Shown here in pieces: positions 18,255-26,741 of a DNA stretch of 64,000 nt (position 1 is the stretch's first letter; each line of letters starts with the position of its first letter). The notes beneath the pieces are model-generated. The model was not told the origin of the DNA. It was given only the letters and a program-made list of their open reading frames with translations, and did no database searches. The DNA is from Actinomycetes bacterium. GTDB lineage: Bacteria > Actinomycetota > Acidimicrobiia > IMCC26256 > Chersky-534. The stretch is taken from contig JAODBH010000085.1 in the NCBI GenBank assembly GCA_025463865.1, positions 2,390 to 66,389 of the forward strand, in the 5' to 3' direction. The translations under genes and the position numbers were made by a program.

Positions 18255-19004
18255 ATGGCGACGACCAGGCAGAAGGCCGCGGCCCGGAAGAACATCAGGA
18301 AGGCGCAGTCGGCGAGCAGGAACGGGAGCTCGAGGCGAGCGACCGCGTCGTCGGGCCTCAGCACCCGGGAGCAGAACCGTCTGCCCGACTCCGCGTTCGC
18401 CTTCCCGAAGGAACGGAAGGAGCCCATCACCGACGCCCGGCACGTGCGGAACGCGATTGCCCGCTTCGACCAGGTGGAGGGCGTGACCGACGCCGAGCGC
18501 GATGCGGCGTGGCGTCGGATCCTCGACGCGGCCAAGCGGTTCGGGGTGCACGTCTCGGAGAAGAGCTGGCACGAGCTGATCCCGAGCCGCTCGCGGACCG
18601 CGAAGAAGGCGACGGCGAAGAGAACCACCGCCAAGAAGGCCGGCGCACGAAAGACCACCGCCAAGAAGACGACGGCACGCAAGACCGCGGCCAAGAAGAC
18701 GACGGCGCGCACGACCGCGGCCAAGAGGACCACCGCGAAGAAGGCGACTCCGCGGAAGACCACGGCCAAAAGGACCACCGCGAAGAAGACGACGGCCCGG
18801 AAGGCGACTGCTCGCAAGACGACGGCACGCAAGACGACTGCTCGCAAGACGACGGCACGAAGCACCGTTGCGAAGAAGACCGCGCCGCGGAGGGCGACGG
18901 CCAAGAAGACGACTGCTCGCAAGACGACCGCCAAGAAGACCACCCCGCGCACGACCGCACGGAAGACCGCGGCGAAGAGGACCACGCCACGGAAGCGGGC
19001 CTGA
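18255..19004 (+). CDS. Small basic protein: conserved N-terminal module + ~26 tandem T-A-K/R-K-T pentapeptides (histone H1/HU-tail-like, putative nucleic-acid binding)
   Basis: ATG 18255 preceded by GGAGGA. N-terminus has LPDSAFAFPKERKEPITDARHVRNAIARFDQVEGVTDAERDAAWRRI. C-terminus reads TAKKATAKRTTAKKAGARKTTAKKTTARKTAAKKTTAR... to the stop. Confidence 0.75.
   Translation: MATTRQKAAARKNIRKAQSASRNGSSRRATASSGLSTREQNRLPDSAFAFPKERKEPITDARHVRNAIARFDQVEGVTDAERDAAWRRILDAAKRFGVHVSEKSWHELIPSRSRTAKKATAKRTTAKKAGARKTTAKKTTARKTAAKKTTARTTAAKRTTAKKATPRKTTAKRTTAKKTTARKATARKTTARKTTARKTTARSTVAKKTAPRRATAKKTTARKTTAKKTTPRTTARKTAAKRTTPRKRA
18597..19001 (+). repeat. Coding tandem repeat, 15-bp period (about 26 units)
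   Basis: Repeated acc/gcN/aag|cgc/aag/acN units visible directly in the DNA. It generates a mirror-image artefactual ORF (18224..18985, minus strand). Confidence 0.9.
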
Positions 19005-19074
19005 TCTCCGTAGTCCTCCGCAGTGCCGGAATCACAGCCGTGTAATCGTCGTACCCGGCTGTCATGCTCCGTGC

Positions 19075-22000
19075 ATGCAGTTCCTCGAGGGTGGCCTGGT
19101 GCTCAGCGCAAGCGATCTCACCGGCTTCGCCGCGTGTGAGCACCTGACGCAGCTCGAGATCTCGGCGGCCCGCGGCGAGCGCACGCCGCCCAAGCGCGAG
19201 GACCCCATGCTCGACGTCCTGAGTCGCAGGGGCGACGAGCACGAGTCCCACCACCTCGAAACCCTGCGGGGCACGGGTCTGCGGGTCGCCGAGATCCCGG
19301 GCGACGCGCGCACCCGCGCCGAGCTCGAGTCGGCAGAGCTGGCGACCATCGCCGCGATGCGTGCGGGCGTCGACGTCATCTATCAGGCCACCTTCTTCGA
19401 TGGGCGCTGGCGCGGCCACGCCGACTTCCTCCGCCGAGTGGCGCGGCCCAGTGATCTCGGCCCGTGGTCCTACGAAGTCGCCGACACCAAGCTCGCCCGT
19501 CGGGTCAAAGCCGCTGCCCTCCTCCAGATGTGCGAGTACTCCGAGCACGTCGCGCGCGTGCAGGGCGTGGTCCCTGAGCACATGCACGTGATCGCCGGTG
19601 ACGGCGAGGAGCACGAGTTCCTCGTGGCCGACTATGCCGCGTACCACCGCACGCTCAAGTCCCGGTACGAGGAGCTCGTGTTCGGTCCCACGCTCGACAC
19701 GTATCCCGATCCGGTCGACCACTGCGGCATCTGCCGCTGGGCCGACGAGTGCAAGCTCCGCCGTCGCGCCGACGACCACCTCTCGTTGGTCTCCGGCATG
19801 CGGCGCGACCAGGCCCACAAGCTGGCGGCGGTCGGGGTCGAGACGCGCGCGGCCCTGGCCGATGTGTCGGCGGCCACCCCGGTCGCCGGCATCAGCGACG
19901 CGAGCCTCCAACGGCTCCGCCACCAAGCGCAGCTGCAGGTGCGGGGTGAAGGCATGCATCCGCCGATCTACGAGCTGCTGCCACCCGAGCCGCCCGAACC
20001 CGTCGACACCGTGGCCGGAGACCCGGCCGTCGATCCGTCGATCGCTGCGCTCGTGTGGCCGCAACGCGGCTGGGCGGCGCTGCCCGAGCCTTCGCCTGGC
20101 GATCTCTTCTTCGACATGGAAGGCGACCCGTACGCGCTCGACGGCGGGCTCGAGTACCTGTTCGGAGTGATCGAGCTGGTCGACGGGGAGCCGCGGTATC
20201 ACGCGTTCTGGGCCCACGACCGCGCTGGAGAGAAGCGGGCGTTCGAAGCGTTCATCGACTTCGTGGGCGTGCAGCGAAGCCGACATCCCGAGATGCACAT
20301 CTACCACTACGCCCCCTACGAGCCATCGGCGGCGAAGCGGCTCATGGGCGCTCACGACACGCGCGCGCGTGAAGTCGACGAGCTGTTGCGCGGCGACGTG
20401 TTCGTCGACCTGTACGCCGTCGTCCGCCGAGCGCTGCGCCTCGGGTTGGAGTCGTACTCGTTGAAGCAGGTCGAGAAGCTCTACATGGATCGGCCCGCGG
20501 GCGACGTGATGGACGCGGGCAGCAGCATCGTCGCCTACGAGGACTACCTGCAGGACGGCGACGCGGCCCGGCTCGACGGGATCCAGATCTACAACGAGGA
20601 CGACTGCATGTCGACGCTCCGATTGCACCGCTGGCTCGAGGCCCGGCGGGCCGACGCGGAGCGCGACTTCGGGCCGATCCCGCGACCGACGACGAAGGAC
20701 GGCGCGGCTCCGGAACCCGTCGGTGCGCGCGACCTGGAGGTCCGTGCCCTGGTCGACCAGCTCACCCGCGGTCTCCCGGAGGCGGCAGAAGATCGGGATC
20801 CCGATCAGCAGGCGCGATGGCTTCTGGCGCAGATGCTCGACTGGCACCGGCGGGAGTCGAAGCCCGACTGGTGGGACTACTTCGCCCGTCTCCGCATGAG
20901 TGAGGAAGAGCTCGCCGACGACCGCGCGTGCATCGGCGGTCTCGAATGCACCGGCGAGGGGACGACGCTCGGCCGATCCAAGGTGTACCGGTACGCGTTC
21001 AGCCCACAGGACCACAAGCTGGGCGTCGGGACGCGACCACACGATCCCGCTTCCGGCCGCGCGGCCGGTGAGATCGTGGCGATGCACGACGTCGAAGGCT
21101 GGCTGGACCTCAAGCGCGGGCCCGCGGCGATGCAGGGCCCCCACCCGCGCGGGCTGGTTCCCGATCGGCCACGCACCACCGCTGCGATGGAATCCGCCAT
21201 CACGCGCGTGGCCGAGTGGGTGGTCGAACACGGGATGGGCGCGCCGGGACCGTACCGCGCCGCGCGCGACCTGCTGTTGCGCAACCCGCGGGTTCCGGGA
21301 GCGCCCGCGTTCTCGGAGCCGTATCTGGCGATCCAAGGGCCTCCCGGCTCGGGCAAGACCTACACCGGTGCGGGGCTGATCCTCCAACTCGTGCGCGAGG
21401 GCAAGCGCGTGGGCATCACCGCGCACAGTCACGCGGTCATCGGCAACCTGCTGGAGGCGGTGGGCGAGCGTGCGGCCGCCGAGGGCCTTGCGGTGCGCGC
21501 GCTCCAGAAGGCCGAGGACCATCAGCGCTGCACCGAGGGATTCGTCGAGTGCGTCGACGACGCCAAGCTCGTCGAGCAGGCCGTGCATGACGGCGGGTTC
21601 GACGTCATCGCAGGCACGTCCTGGTTGTGGGCACGCGAAGGCATGGCCGACGCGGTCGACGTGCTGTTCGTCGACGAGGCGGGGCAGAAGTCGCTGGCCG
21701 ATGTGATCGCGGTCAGCGGAGCCACCCGGCAGTTGGTGCTGCTCGGGGATCCGCAACAGCTCGCGCAGCCGTCGAAGGGCAGCCATCCGGCCGGAGCGGA
21801 GGTCTCCGCCCTCGAGCACCTGCTCGCAGGTGAGTCGACCATGCCCGAGACGCTCGGAATGTTCCTGGCCACGACCCACCGGATGCACCCGGCGGTGTGC
21901 GCGTTCGTGTCCGAGGTGGCCTACGAATCCCGGCTGCATTCCGAGCGCGGCCTCGAGCACCAGTCGATCGACGGGTTCGCCGGTCTGCGGTTCGTACCCG

Positions 22001-22482
22001 TATCCGGAGGCGGCAACCGGAGTTGGTCGGCCGAAGAGGTCGAGGCGGTCGACGGTTTGGTGCGTGGCCTCGTCGGACGGACGTGGACCGACAGGGATGG
22101 GAGGACGCGGGCTCTGAGCCTCGACGACGTGCTCGTCGTGACCCCGTACAACGCGCAGGTGGCCAAGCTCGCGGAACGGCTGCCGGAGGGCGCGCGGGTC
22201 GGGACGGTCGACAAGTTCCAGGGGCAGGAGGCACCGGTGACCATCTATTCGATGGCCACCAGCAGCGCCGACGACGTACCCCGGACCATGGAGTTCCTCT
22301 ACGACCTGCACCGGCTCAACGTCGCGGTGTCCCGGGCGCGGGCCGAGTCGATCATCGTCGGCAATCCCGAGCTCCTGCGGGTGCACTGCCGGACTCCTCG
22401 GCAGATGCTGCTGGCCAACGCGCTCTGCCGTTACGTGGAACGGTCCGCAGAGGCGTCGGCGGCCCGTTCATCGGCGGTCTGA
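19075..22482 (+). CDS. Multidomain nuclease-helicase: Cas4/RecB-like PD-(D/E)XK Fe-S nuclease + RNase H-like (YprB/TM0106-type) exonuclease + Upf1/DNA2-like SF1 helicase
   Basis: ATG 19075 within ORF 18868..22482.
- Nuclease: FAACEH ... GHADFL ... YEVADTKL ... DHCGICRWADEC (C...CxxCx5C).
- Exonuclease: LFFDMEGDPY, IYHYAPYE, IYNEDDCMST.
- Helicase: GPPGSGKTYT (21337-21360), VLFVDEAGQ, LLGDPQQL, TTHRMHP, VDKFQGQEAPV, NVAVSRAR. Confidence 0.9.
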   Translation: MQFLEGGLVLSASDLTGFAACEHLTQLEISAARGERTPPKREDPMLDVLSRRGDEHESHHLETLRGTGLRVAEIPGDARTRAELESAELATIAAMRAGVDVIYQATFFDGRWRGHADFLRRVARPSDLGPWSYEVADTKLARRVKAAALLQMCEYSEHVARVQGVVPEHMHVIAGDGEEHEFLVADYAAYHRTLKSRYEELVFGPTLDTYPDPVDHCGICRWADECKLRRRADDHLSLVSGMRRDQAHKLAAVGVETRAALADVSAATPVAGISDASLQRLRHQAQLQVRGEGMHPPIYELLPPEPPEPVDTVAGDPAVDPSIAALVWPQRGWAALPEPSPGDLFFDMEGDPYALDGGLEYLFGVIELVDGEPRYHAFWAHDRAGEKRAFEAFIDFVGVQRSRHPEMHIYHYAPYEPSAAKRLMGAHDTRAREVDELLRGDVFVDLYAVVRRALRLGLESYSLKQVEKLYMDRPAGDVMDAGSSIVAYEDYLQDGDAARLDGIQIYNEDDCMSTLRLHRWLEARRADAERDFGPIPRPTTKDGAAPEPVGARDLEVRALVDQLTRGLPEAAEDRDPDQQARWLLAQMLDWHRRESKPDWWDYFARLRMSEEELADDRACIGGLECTGEGTTLGRSKVYRYAFSPQDHKLGVGTRPHDPASGRAAGEIVAMHDVEGWLDLKRGPAAMQGPHPRGLVPDRPRTTAAMESAITRVAEWVVEHGMGAPGPYRAARDLLLRNPRVPGAPAFSEPYLAIQGPPGSGKTYTGAGLILQLVREGKRVGITAHSHAVIGNLLEAVGERAAAEGLAVRALQKAEDHQRCTEGFVECVDDAKLVEQAVHDGGFDVIAGTSWLWAREGMADAVDVLFVDEAGQKSLADVIAVSGATRQLVLLGDPQQLAQPSKGSHPAGAEVSALEHLLAGESTMPETLGMFLATTHRMHPAVCAFVSEVAYESRLHSERGLEHQSIDGFAGLRFVPVSGGGNRSWSAEEVEAVDGLVRGLVGRTWTDRDGRTRALSLDDVLVVTPYNAQVAKLAERLPEGARVGTVDKFQGQEAPVTIYSMATSSADDVPRTMEFLYDLHRLNVAVSRARAESIIVGNPELLRVHCRTPRQMLLANALCRYVERSAEASAARSSAV

Positions 22483-22581
22483 GACCGGCGGAATGTGGGC
22501 GCGTCGCACGCCAACGGCACGGGCGCGCGGGGCGGCAGGCAGGCATGATGGCCCGAGCCACGAGCATCGGGGGGTACCGCC

Positions 22582-23550
22582 ATGGCCGCCGCTTCCGTTC
22601 TCCGCTTCGACCTGCGTCGAGCGCCGTTCTCCACCGTCAGCGAAGCCGAGCAGTACTCGCAGTGCCTCGAGATGTCGGGGTGGGCCGACGATCACGGGTT
22701 CGTCGCCATGACCGTGCCCGAGCACCACGGTGTCGACTTCGTGTCCGCACCACTCACGCTGGCCGGGATGATCCTCGGCCGCACCCGCAACGCGTTCGTG
22801 ACGGTCAACGCGCTTCTCCTCACGCTCCACGATCCCGTACGGCTCGCCGAACAGATCGCCACGCTCGACCTCGCGAGCGGCGGCCGGTTCTCGTTCGTCG
22901 GCGGACTCGGATTCCGGGTCGAGGAGTTCGAGATGGCGGGCCTCGACCGCTCGCAACGCGGCGCGCTCATGGACGAGCACGTCGAGGTGATGCTGCAGGC
23001 GTGGGCCGGAAAGCCGTTCGAATGGCGGGGCCGGACGGTGGTCGTGACGCCGACGCCGGTGCGTCCCCCACAGCAGCTGATGATGATCGGTGGAGCGGCC
23101 CGGGCCTCGGCCGAGCGGGCCGCGCGGTTCGGGCTTTCGTTCTTCACGATGTCGGTCGACCCCGCGGTCGGCGAGATGTACCGCAGCGCGTGCGAGCGGC
23201 GCCGCTTCACCGACGGCGTCTTCCACGCTCCCGGCGGCCCGCTGTTCGTGCACGTCACCGAGGACCCCGACCGGCTCTGGGACGCCATCGGCCCCTACGC
23301 CCTCTACGACATGCAGAGCTACCTGAGCTGGCAGACCCCCGACCAGGACAGCGTGGCGGCGCTGACGGTGCACTCGGTCGACGACCTCAAGGCCTCCGGC
23401 CTGTGGCAGGTCGTGACTCCCGACGAATGCGTCGAGCTCGCGCGTCGTCACGGGTCGGTCGTGCTGCACCCGCTCATGGGCGGCATCTCCCCCGACCTCG
23501 GCTGGGAGAGCCTCCAGCTCTACGTGGACAAGGTGCTTCCGCGCCTCTGA
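22582..23550 (+). CDS. LLM-class flavin-dependent oxidoreductase
   Basis: FDLRRAPFS...MSGWADDHGFVAMTVPEHHGVDFVSAPL...GGRFSFVGGLGFRVEEFEMAG. Luciferase-like family pattern. Confidence 0.85.
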   Translation: MAAASVLRFDLRRAPFSTVSEAEQYSQCLEMSGWADDHGFVAMTVPEHHGVDFVSAPLTLAGMILGRTRNAFVTVNALLLTLHDPVRLAEQIATLDLASGGRFSFVGGLGFRVEEFEMAGLDRSQRGALMDEHVEVMLQAWAGKPFEWRGRTVVVTPTPVRPPQQLMMIGGAARASAERAARFGLSFFTMSVDPAVGEMYRSACERRRFTDGVFHAPGGPLFVHVTEDPDRLWDAIGPYALYDMQSYLSWQTPDQDSVAALTVHSVDDLKASGLWQVVTPDECVELARRHGSVVLHPLMGGISPDLGWESLQLYVDKVLPRL

Positions 23551-23624
23551 ACACAGTGCTTCCGCGCCTCTGAACGCAGTGCTTCCGCGCCTCTGCACGC
23601 AACGCTCCCGCGCCTCTGCACGCG
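23533..23624. repeat. 23-bp tandem repeat x4 spanning the stop codon of the LLM gene
   Basis: GTGCTTCCGCGCCTCTGAACACA / GTGCTTCCGCGCCTCTGAACGCA / GTGCTTCCGCGCCTCTGCACGCA / ACGCTCCCGCGCCTCTGCACGCG at 23533, 23556, 23579 and 23602. Confidence 0.9.
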
Positions 23625-23730
23625 GTTCGCACCGCCCCCAAAGGCGCTCGTCGAGCTCTTACCTGCGACCCGGCCTCCTCCAGCAGCATCCGACGGTTAC
23701 CGGCCTGTTTGTCGGGGTATCCCACCCGCC

Positions 23731-24204
23731 ATGCTGTCGTGGGTACGTGAAAATCGGCTCGGACAGTTTGCGGTTGCCGCTCTGGTGATCACGCTGGCCG
23801 CCTGCACCCAGATCGTCGGACCGGCCCGCACGTACCAGGACTACGAGCGCAAAGCCGGCTCCACCGCGAAGAGCGTGCTCTCGGCGGTACAGACGTCCCG
23901 CCTCACGCTGCGACTCGGTCGCCAGGACAAGTCGTTCGCGCCGTATCTCTCGGTGATGGCCTCGGAGTCCGAAGACACCGGCGCGGGGGCGACCGCCACC
24001 TTCTCGGGCATCCAACCCCCCGACGATCGGGCCGAGGCACTCGGGACCCGCCTCGAGAAGACGTTGCAGGAGGCGTCCAGCGCCCTCACCGACGTCCGGG
24101 TGCGCGCGCGCCGCACCCAGCTGGGGACCCCTGACCCGAAGCTCGAGCGTCGTCTCGCCAAGGTCACCCGCCAACTCGACGCGTTCGTGAAGGAGCACGG
24201 GTGA
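23731..24204 (+). CDS. Hypothetical lipoprotein
   Basis: Signal/lipobox FAVAALVITLAAC, followed by a helical soluble domain. Its stop overlaps the next start (GTGA). Confidence 0.7.
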   Translation: MLSWVRENRLGQFAVAALVITLAACTQIVGPARTYQDYERKAGSTAKSVLSAVQTSRLTLRLGRQDKSFAPYLSVMASESEDTGAGATATFSGIQPPDDRAEALGTRLEKTLQEASSALTDVRVRARRTQLGTPDPKLERRLAKVTRQLDAFVKEHG

Positions 24205-25430
24205 AGAAGCTTCTCGGCGTGACGCTCGGCGTGCTGACCGCGGTGGGCGGCTTCATGGACATCGGCGACATCGTCGCCAGCTCGGCGGTCGGCGCGCGCT
24301 TCGGCATGTCGCTGGCATGGGCGCTGCTGCTCGGGGTCGGCGGCATCTTGGTCTACGCCGAGATGTCGGGGCGGGTGGCGGCAGTCTCCGGGCGTCCGAC
24401 GTTCGACCTGGTGAGGGAACGGCTGGGCGCGCGTATGGCACTTGCGAACCTGGGCGCGTCGTTCTTCATCAACTTCCTCACGCTGATCGCCGAAGTGGCC
24501 GGTATCGCGATCGCGCTCCAGCTCGTGAGCGACGTCAACTACCTCCTGTGGCTGCCGTTGACCGCCCTGCTCGTCTGGGTGGTGATCTGGCGGGTCAAGT
24601 TCTCGGTCATGGAGAACGTCTTCGGCCTCATGGGCCTGGCGCTCATCGTCTTGGCGGTGGCGGTTTGGAAGCTCTCGCCCGACTGGTCGAGCCTCTGGCA
24701 CGGCGCGTCGCATCCGAAAGTGGTGAGCGGCGAAGGCCACGCGACGTACTTCTATTACGCCATCGCCCTGTTCGGCGCGGCGATGACGCCCTACGAGGTC
24801 TTCTTCTTCTCGTCCGGCGCAGTGGAGGAGAAGTGGACGAAGCGGGACCTGGGCGAGAACAAGATCAACGTCTTCCTCGGGTTTCCACTGGGCGCCTTTC
24901 TCTCACTCAGCCTGATGGCTCTGGCCACGATCGTGCTCGAACCGCGCGGTATCAGTGTCGACAAGCTCGGGCAGGCCGCGCTGCCGGCAACGCTTGCCCT
25001 CGGCAAGGTCGGCCTCGCCCTCGTCATCGTGGGGTTCTTCGCCGCGACCTTCGGTGCGGCGCTCGAGACGAGCCTGTCGGCGGGGTACACCGTCGCGCAG
25101 TTTTTCGGTTGGCAGTGGGGGAAGCTCGTTCGCCCGCGCGACGCGGCGCGCTTTCACCTGGTGGTGCTCGCGGCGATCGCCGTCGCCCTGATGATCGGGC
25201 TCACCGCGGTCGATCCGGTGAAGGTCACGGAGTATTCGATCGTCCTGTCGGCCGCCGCCCTCCCCTTGACGTACCTGCCGATCCTCATCGTGGCCAACGA
25301 CCGGGACTACATGGGCGACAAGGTGAACAGGCGCTTCGGCAACGCGGTCGCCAGCTTCTACCTGGTCGTGATCTTCGTCGTCGCCATCGTCACCATCCCT
25401 CTGATGATCGTCACCAAGGCGGGCGCATGA
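24201..25430 (+). CDS. NRAMP/SLC11-family cation transporter, divergent
   Basis: 409 aa with ~11 TM segments. The TM1 region FMDIGDIVASS replaces canonical DPGN, and the TM6 region GAAMTPYEVFFFSSG replaces canonical MPHN. Overall NRAMP-like topology. Confidence 0.8.
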   Translation: MKKLLGVTLGVLTAVGGFMDIGDIVASSAVGARFGMSLAWALLLGVGGILVYAEMSGRVAAVSGRPTFDLVRERLGARMALANLGASFFINFLTLIAEVAGIAIALQLVSDVNYLLWLPLTALLVWVVIWRVKFSVMENVFGLMGLALIVLAVAVWKLSPDWSSLWHGASHPKVVSGEGHATYFYYAIALFGAAMTPYEVFFFSSGAVEEKWTKRDLGENKINVFLGFPLGAFLSLSLMALATIVLEPRGISVDKLGQAALPATLALGKVGLALVIVGFFAATFGAALETSLSAGYTVAQFFGWQWGKLVRPRDAARFHLVVLAAIAVALMIGLTAVDPVKVTEYSIVLSAAALPLTYLPILIVANDRDYMGDKVNRRFGNAVASFYLVVIFVVAIVTIPLMIVTKAGA

Positions 25431-25879
25431 CCGAGGCGGATCAACCCCTTCACGTCCACGAAAGCAGCGGGTTGCCCCTCGCCCGGCCGGGCGATCAGCC
25501 CCGCGAGCTGCGCGCCGGACTCCATCTGCTCGACCACCAGATCCTCGACCCGGACGCGCGCATGGCCGGCAAGGTCGACGACCTGGAACTCGAACCGGCG
25601 GACGACGGCGGCCCGCCGACAGTGGTCGCGATCCTCTCGGGCGCCGGCGCGCTCGCGCGTCAGTTCCAGGGCCGCTTCGGCCGCTGGCTCGAGAGCGTCG
25701 ACGAGCGCCTCACCCACGAAGAGTCGCCGTCGCGGATCCCGTTCTCCTACGTCGAGGCGATCGGCAGCCACGTCACGGTGACGGTCCACCACGAGGAGCT
25801 CCAGACCGCCCGCGCCGAGCGCTGGGCCCGCGACACCGTGATCGACCACATTCCGGGAGCCGGTCATGCGCCTCACTGA
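25427..25879 (+). CDS. PRC-barrel-like domain protein
   Basis: Last 150 codons of ORF 24317..25879, from ATG 25427 (ATGA overlap with the NRAMP stop). LHLLDHQILDPDARMAGKVDDLELE is a typical PRC-barrel opening. Confidence 0.6.
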   Translation: MTEADQPLHVHESSGLPLARPGDQPRELRAGLHLLDHQILDPDARMAGKVDDLELEPADDGGPPTVVAILSGAGALARQFQGRFGRWLESVDERLTHEESPSRIPFSYVEAIGSHVTVTVHHEELQTARAERWARDTVIDHIPGAGHAPH

Positions 25880-26162
25880 TTACCTCGGTCTCCGGGTCGT
25901 CGACCGCGACGGTCGCGACCTCGGATGCGTGCACGACGCCCGGCTGGTCGCGGACGGGACCCCGAACGGACCCTTCGGGCCGGCCCTCCGGCTGCACGGC
26001 TTCTACGTCGGCAAGGGCTCGTTGGGCGCGCGGCTCGGGCTCGATCGCGACGCGATGCGCGGGCCCTGGCTCCTGAAGGTGATCTTCGGGCGACGACGGT
26101 TCCGCGTGGTCCCATGGGAGGACGTCGACCGGGTCGAGGACCAGACCATGCACCTCAAGTAG
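25866..26162 (+). CDS. PRC-barrel domain protein
   Basis: MRLTDYLGLRVVDRDGRDLGCVHDARLV...VPWEDVDRVED. Overlaps the previous gene by 14 nt. Confidence 0.7.
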   Translation: MRLTDYLGLRVVDRDGRDLGCVHDARLVADGTPNGPFGPALRLHGFYVGKGSLGARLGLDRDAMRGPWLLKVIFGRRRFRVVPWEDVDRVEDQTMHLK

Positions 26163-26190
26163 CGACGGCGTCGCCGGGGCGAGCCTCGCC

Positions 26191-26244
26191 GTGCCCGGGG
26201 AGGGAATCGAACCCTCATGCCCTTGCGGGCCGGCGGGTTAAGCC
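26191..26244 (-). repeat. Orphan copy of the 3' half of tRNA-Leu(UAA) (att-like direct repeat)
   Basis: 54 of 55 nt identical (one T indel) to 28719-28773, same orientation. It covers anticodon loop, variable arm, T-arm and acceptor 3' strand. No matching 5' half (GCCCGGG acceptor strand/D-arm) lies upstream of it. Confidence 0.85.
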
Positions 26245-26369
26245 CGAGCTCGAGCGTCTATCGCGCTCGTTCGAATCCACCGTGTCCGCCTGAGCAGGGA
26301 CTTCTCTCCGCTACGCATCCGCTTCGCCTACGGCGTCTGCCGCGTACCGTTGCGTTCGTTAGCAAGGCG

Positions 26370-26741
26370 TTATCGGCGAGCGCCCTCAATCGCTCGGTCC
26401 GGCGGTGAGGCCGCGTACGACGTGGCCGGTGTCATCCGGAGATCGTGTAGGTCTGACGGTCCCGTCTGCCGGGACGCCCTGATCACCCCTGACCTGCGTA
26501 AGCCGCACACCGCGTCTTCGGTTAGGTCCTGCATACCGGCGAGTTGTGGGGATGAATGTAGGGATGCGCGCCGTCGTCTCCATAACTGAGCGACGGGACC
26601 TGCAGGAGAACCGCGGATCGGGCTGGCCAGGCACCCGGTTGGGCCGTACACCCTGTTCTGACCGTCTCGACGAGTCCGTTGGCGCGCAAGTCGAGCGTCC
26701 ATTCCAGCCCGGGTGACGATCGTCACCTGACAGCCCATCAA
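26370..26741 (-). pseudogene. Possible relic of a tyrosine recombinase (very tentative)
   Basis: The 123-codon ORF is not protein-like overall. In one frame and in the right order it contains GLRRSGVI (26504-26481, box I-like) and LHDLRMTPATSYA (26450-26412, HxLRHTxAT box II-like), about 20 aa apart rather than about 100 or more. Confidence 0.2.

Noticed and set aside
18597-19001. Regular short repeats that could be mistaken for a CRISPR-like array
   Set aside because: The period is 15 bp with no unique spacers. It lies inside a well-supported coding frame encoding K/R-rich pentapeptides.
18427-22386. 1319-aa ORF on the minus strand, the longest in the track
   Set aside because: It is the antisense shadow of the plus-strand nuclease-helicase, which has full motif sets. 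The translation is Arg/Gly/Pro/Ala-rich with no motifs. Long stop-free antisense frames are expected at ~70% GC.
24317-25879. 520-aa plus-strand ORF
   Set aside because: It is out of frame with the NRAMP gene for most of its length (Arg/Gly-rich). Only the terminal 150 codons (25427..25879) look like a real PRC-barrel-like protein.
26281-26325. RNase P RNA CR-I-like string GGAGAGAAGUCCCUGCUC, and a tmRNA-5'-like string GGUGGAUUCGAAC, on the minus strand
   Set aside because: The CR-I match is imperfect (canonical GAGGAAAGUCC). Only ~120 nt remain downstream before the next gene, far too little for RNase P RNA. No tag-peptide frame or matching acceptor strand exists for a tmRNA. Both are treated as chance similarity.
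26191-26720. Possibility that the orphan tRNA-Leu 3' half is the 3' exon of an intron-split tRNA-Leu(UAA) (group I intron in the anticodon loop, as in cyanobacteria)
   Set aside because: No upstream sequence supplies the required 5' half. The best candidates (ACCCGGGCTGGAATGGACGCTCGACTT at ~26690-26716, CAGGCGG at ~26285) do not form the acceptor, D or anticodon stems with the 3' fragment. The anticodon loop of the fragment also has lost one A.
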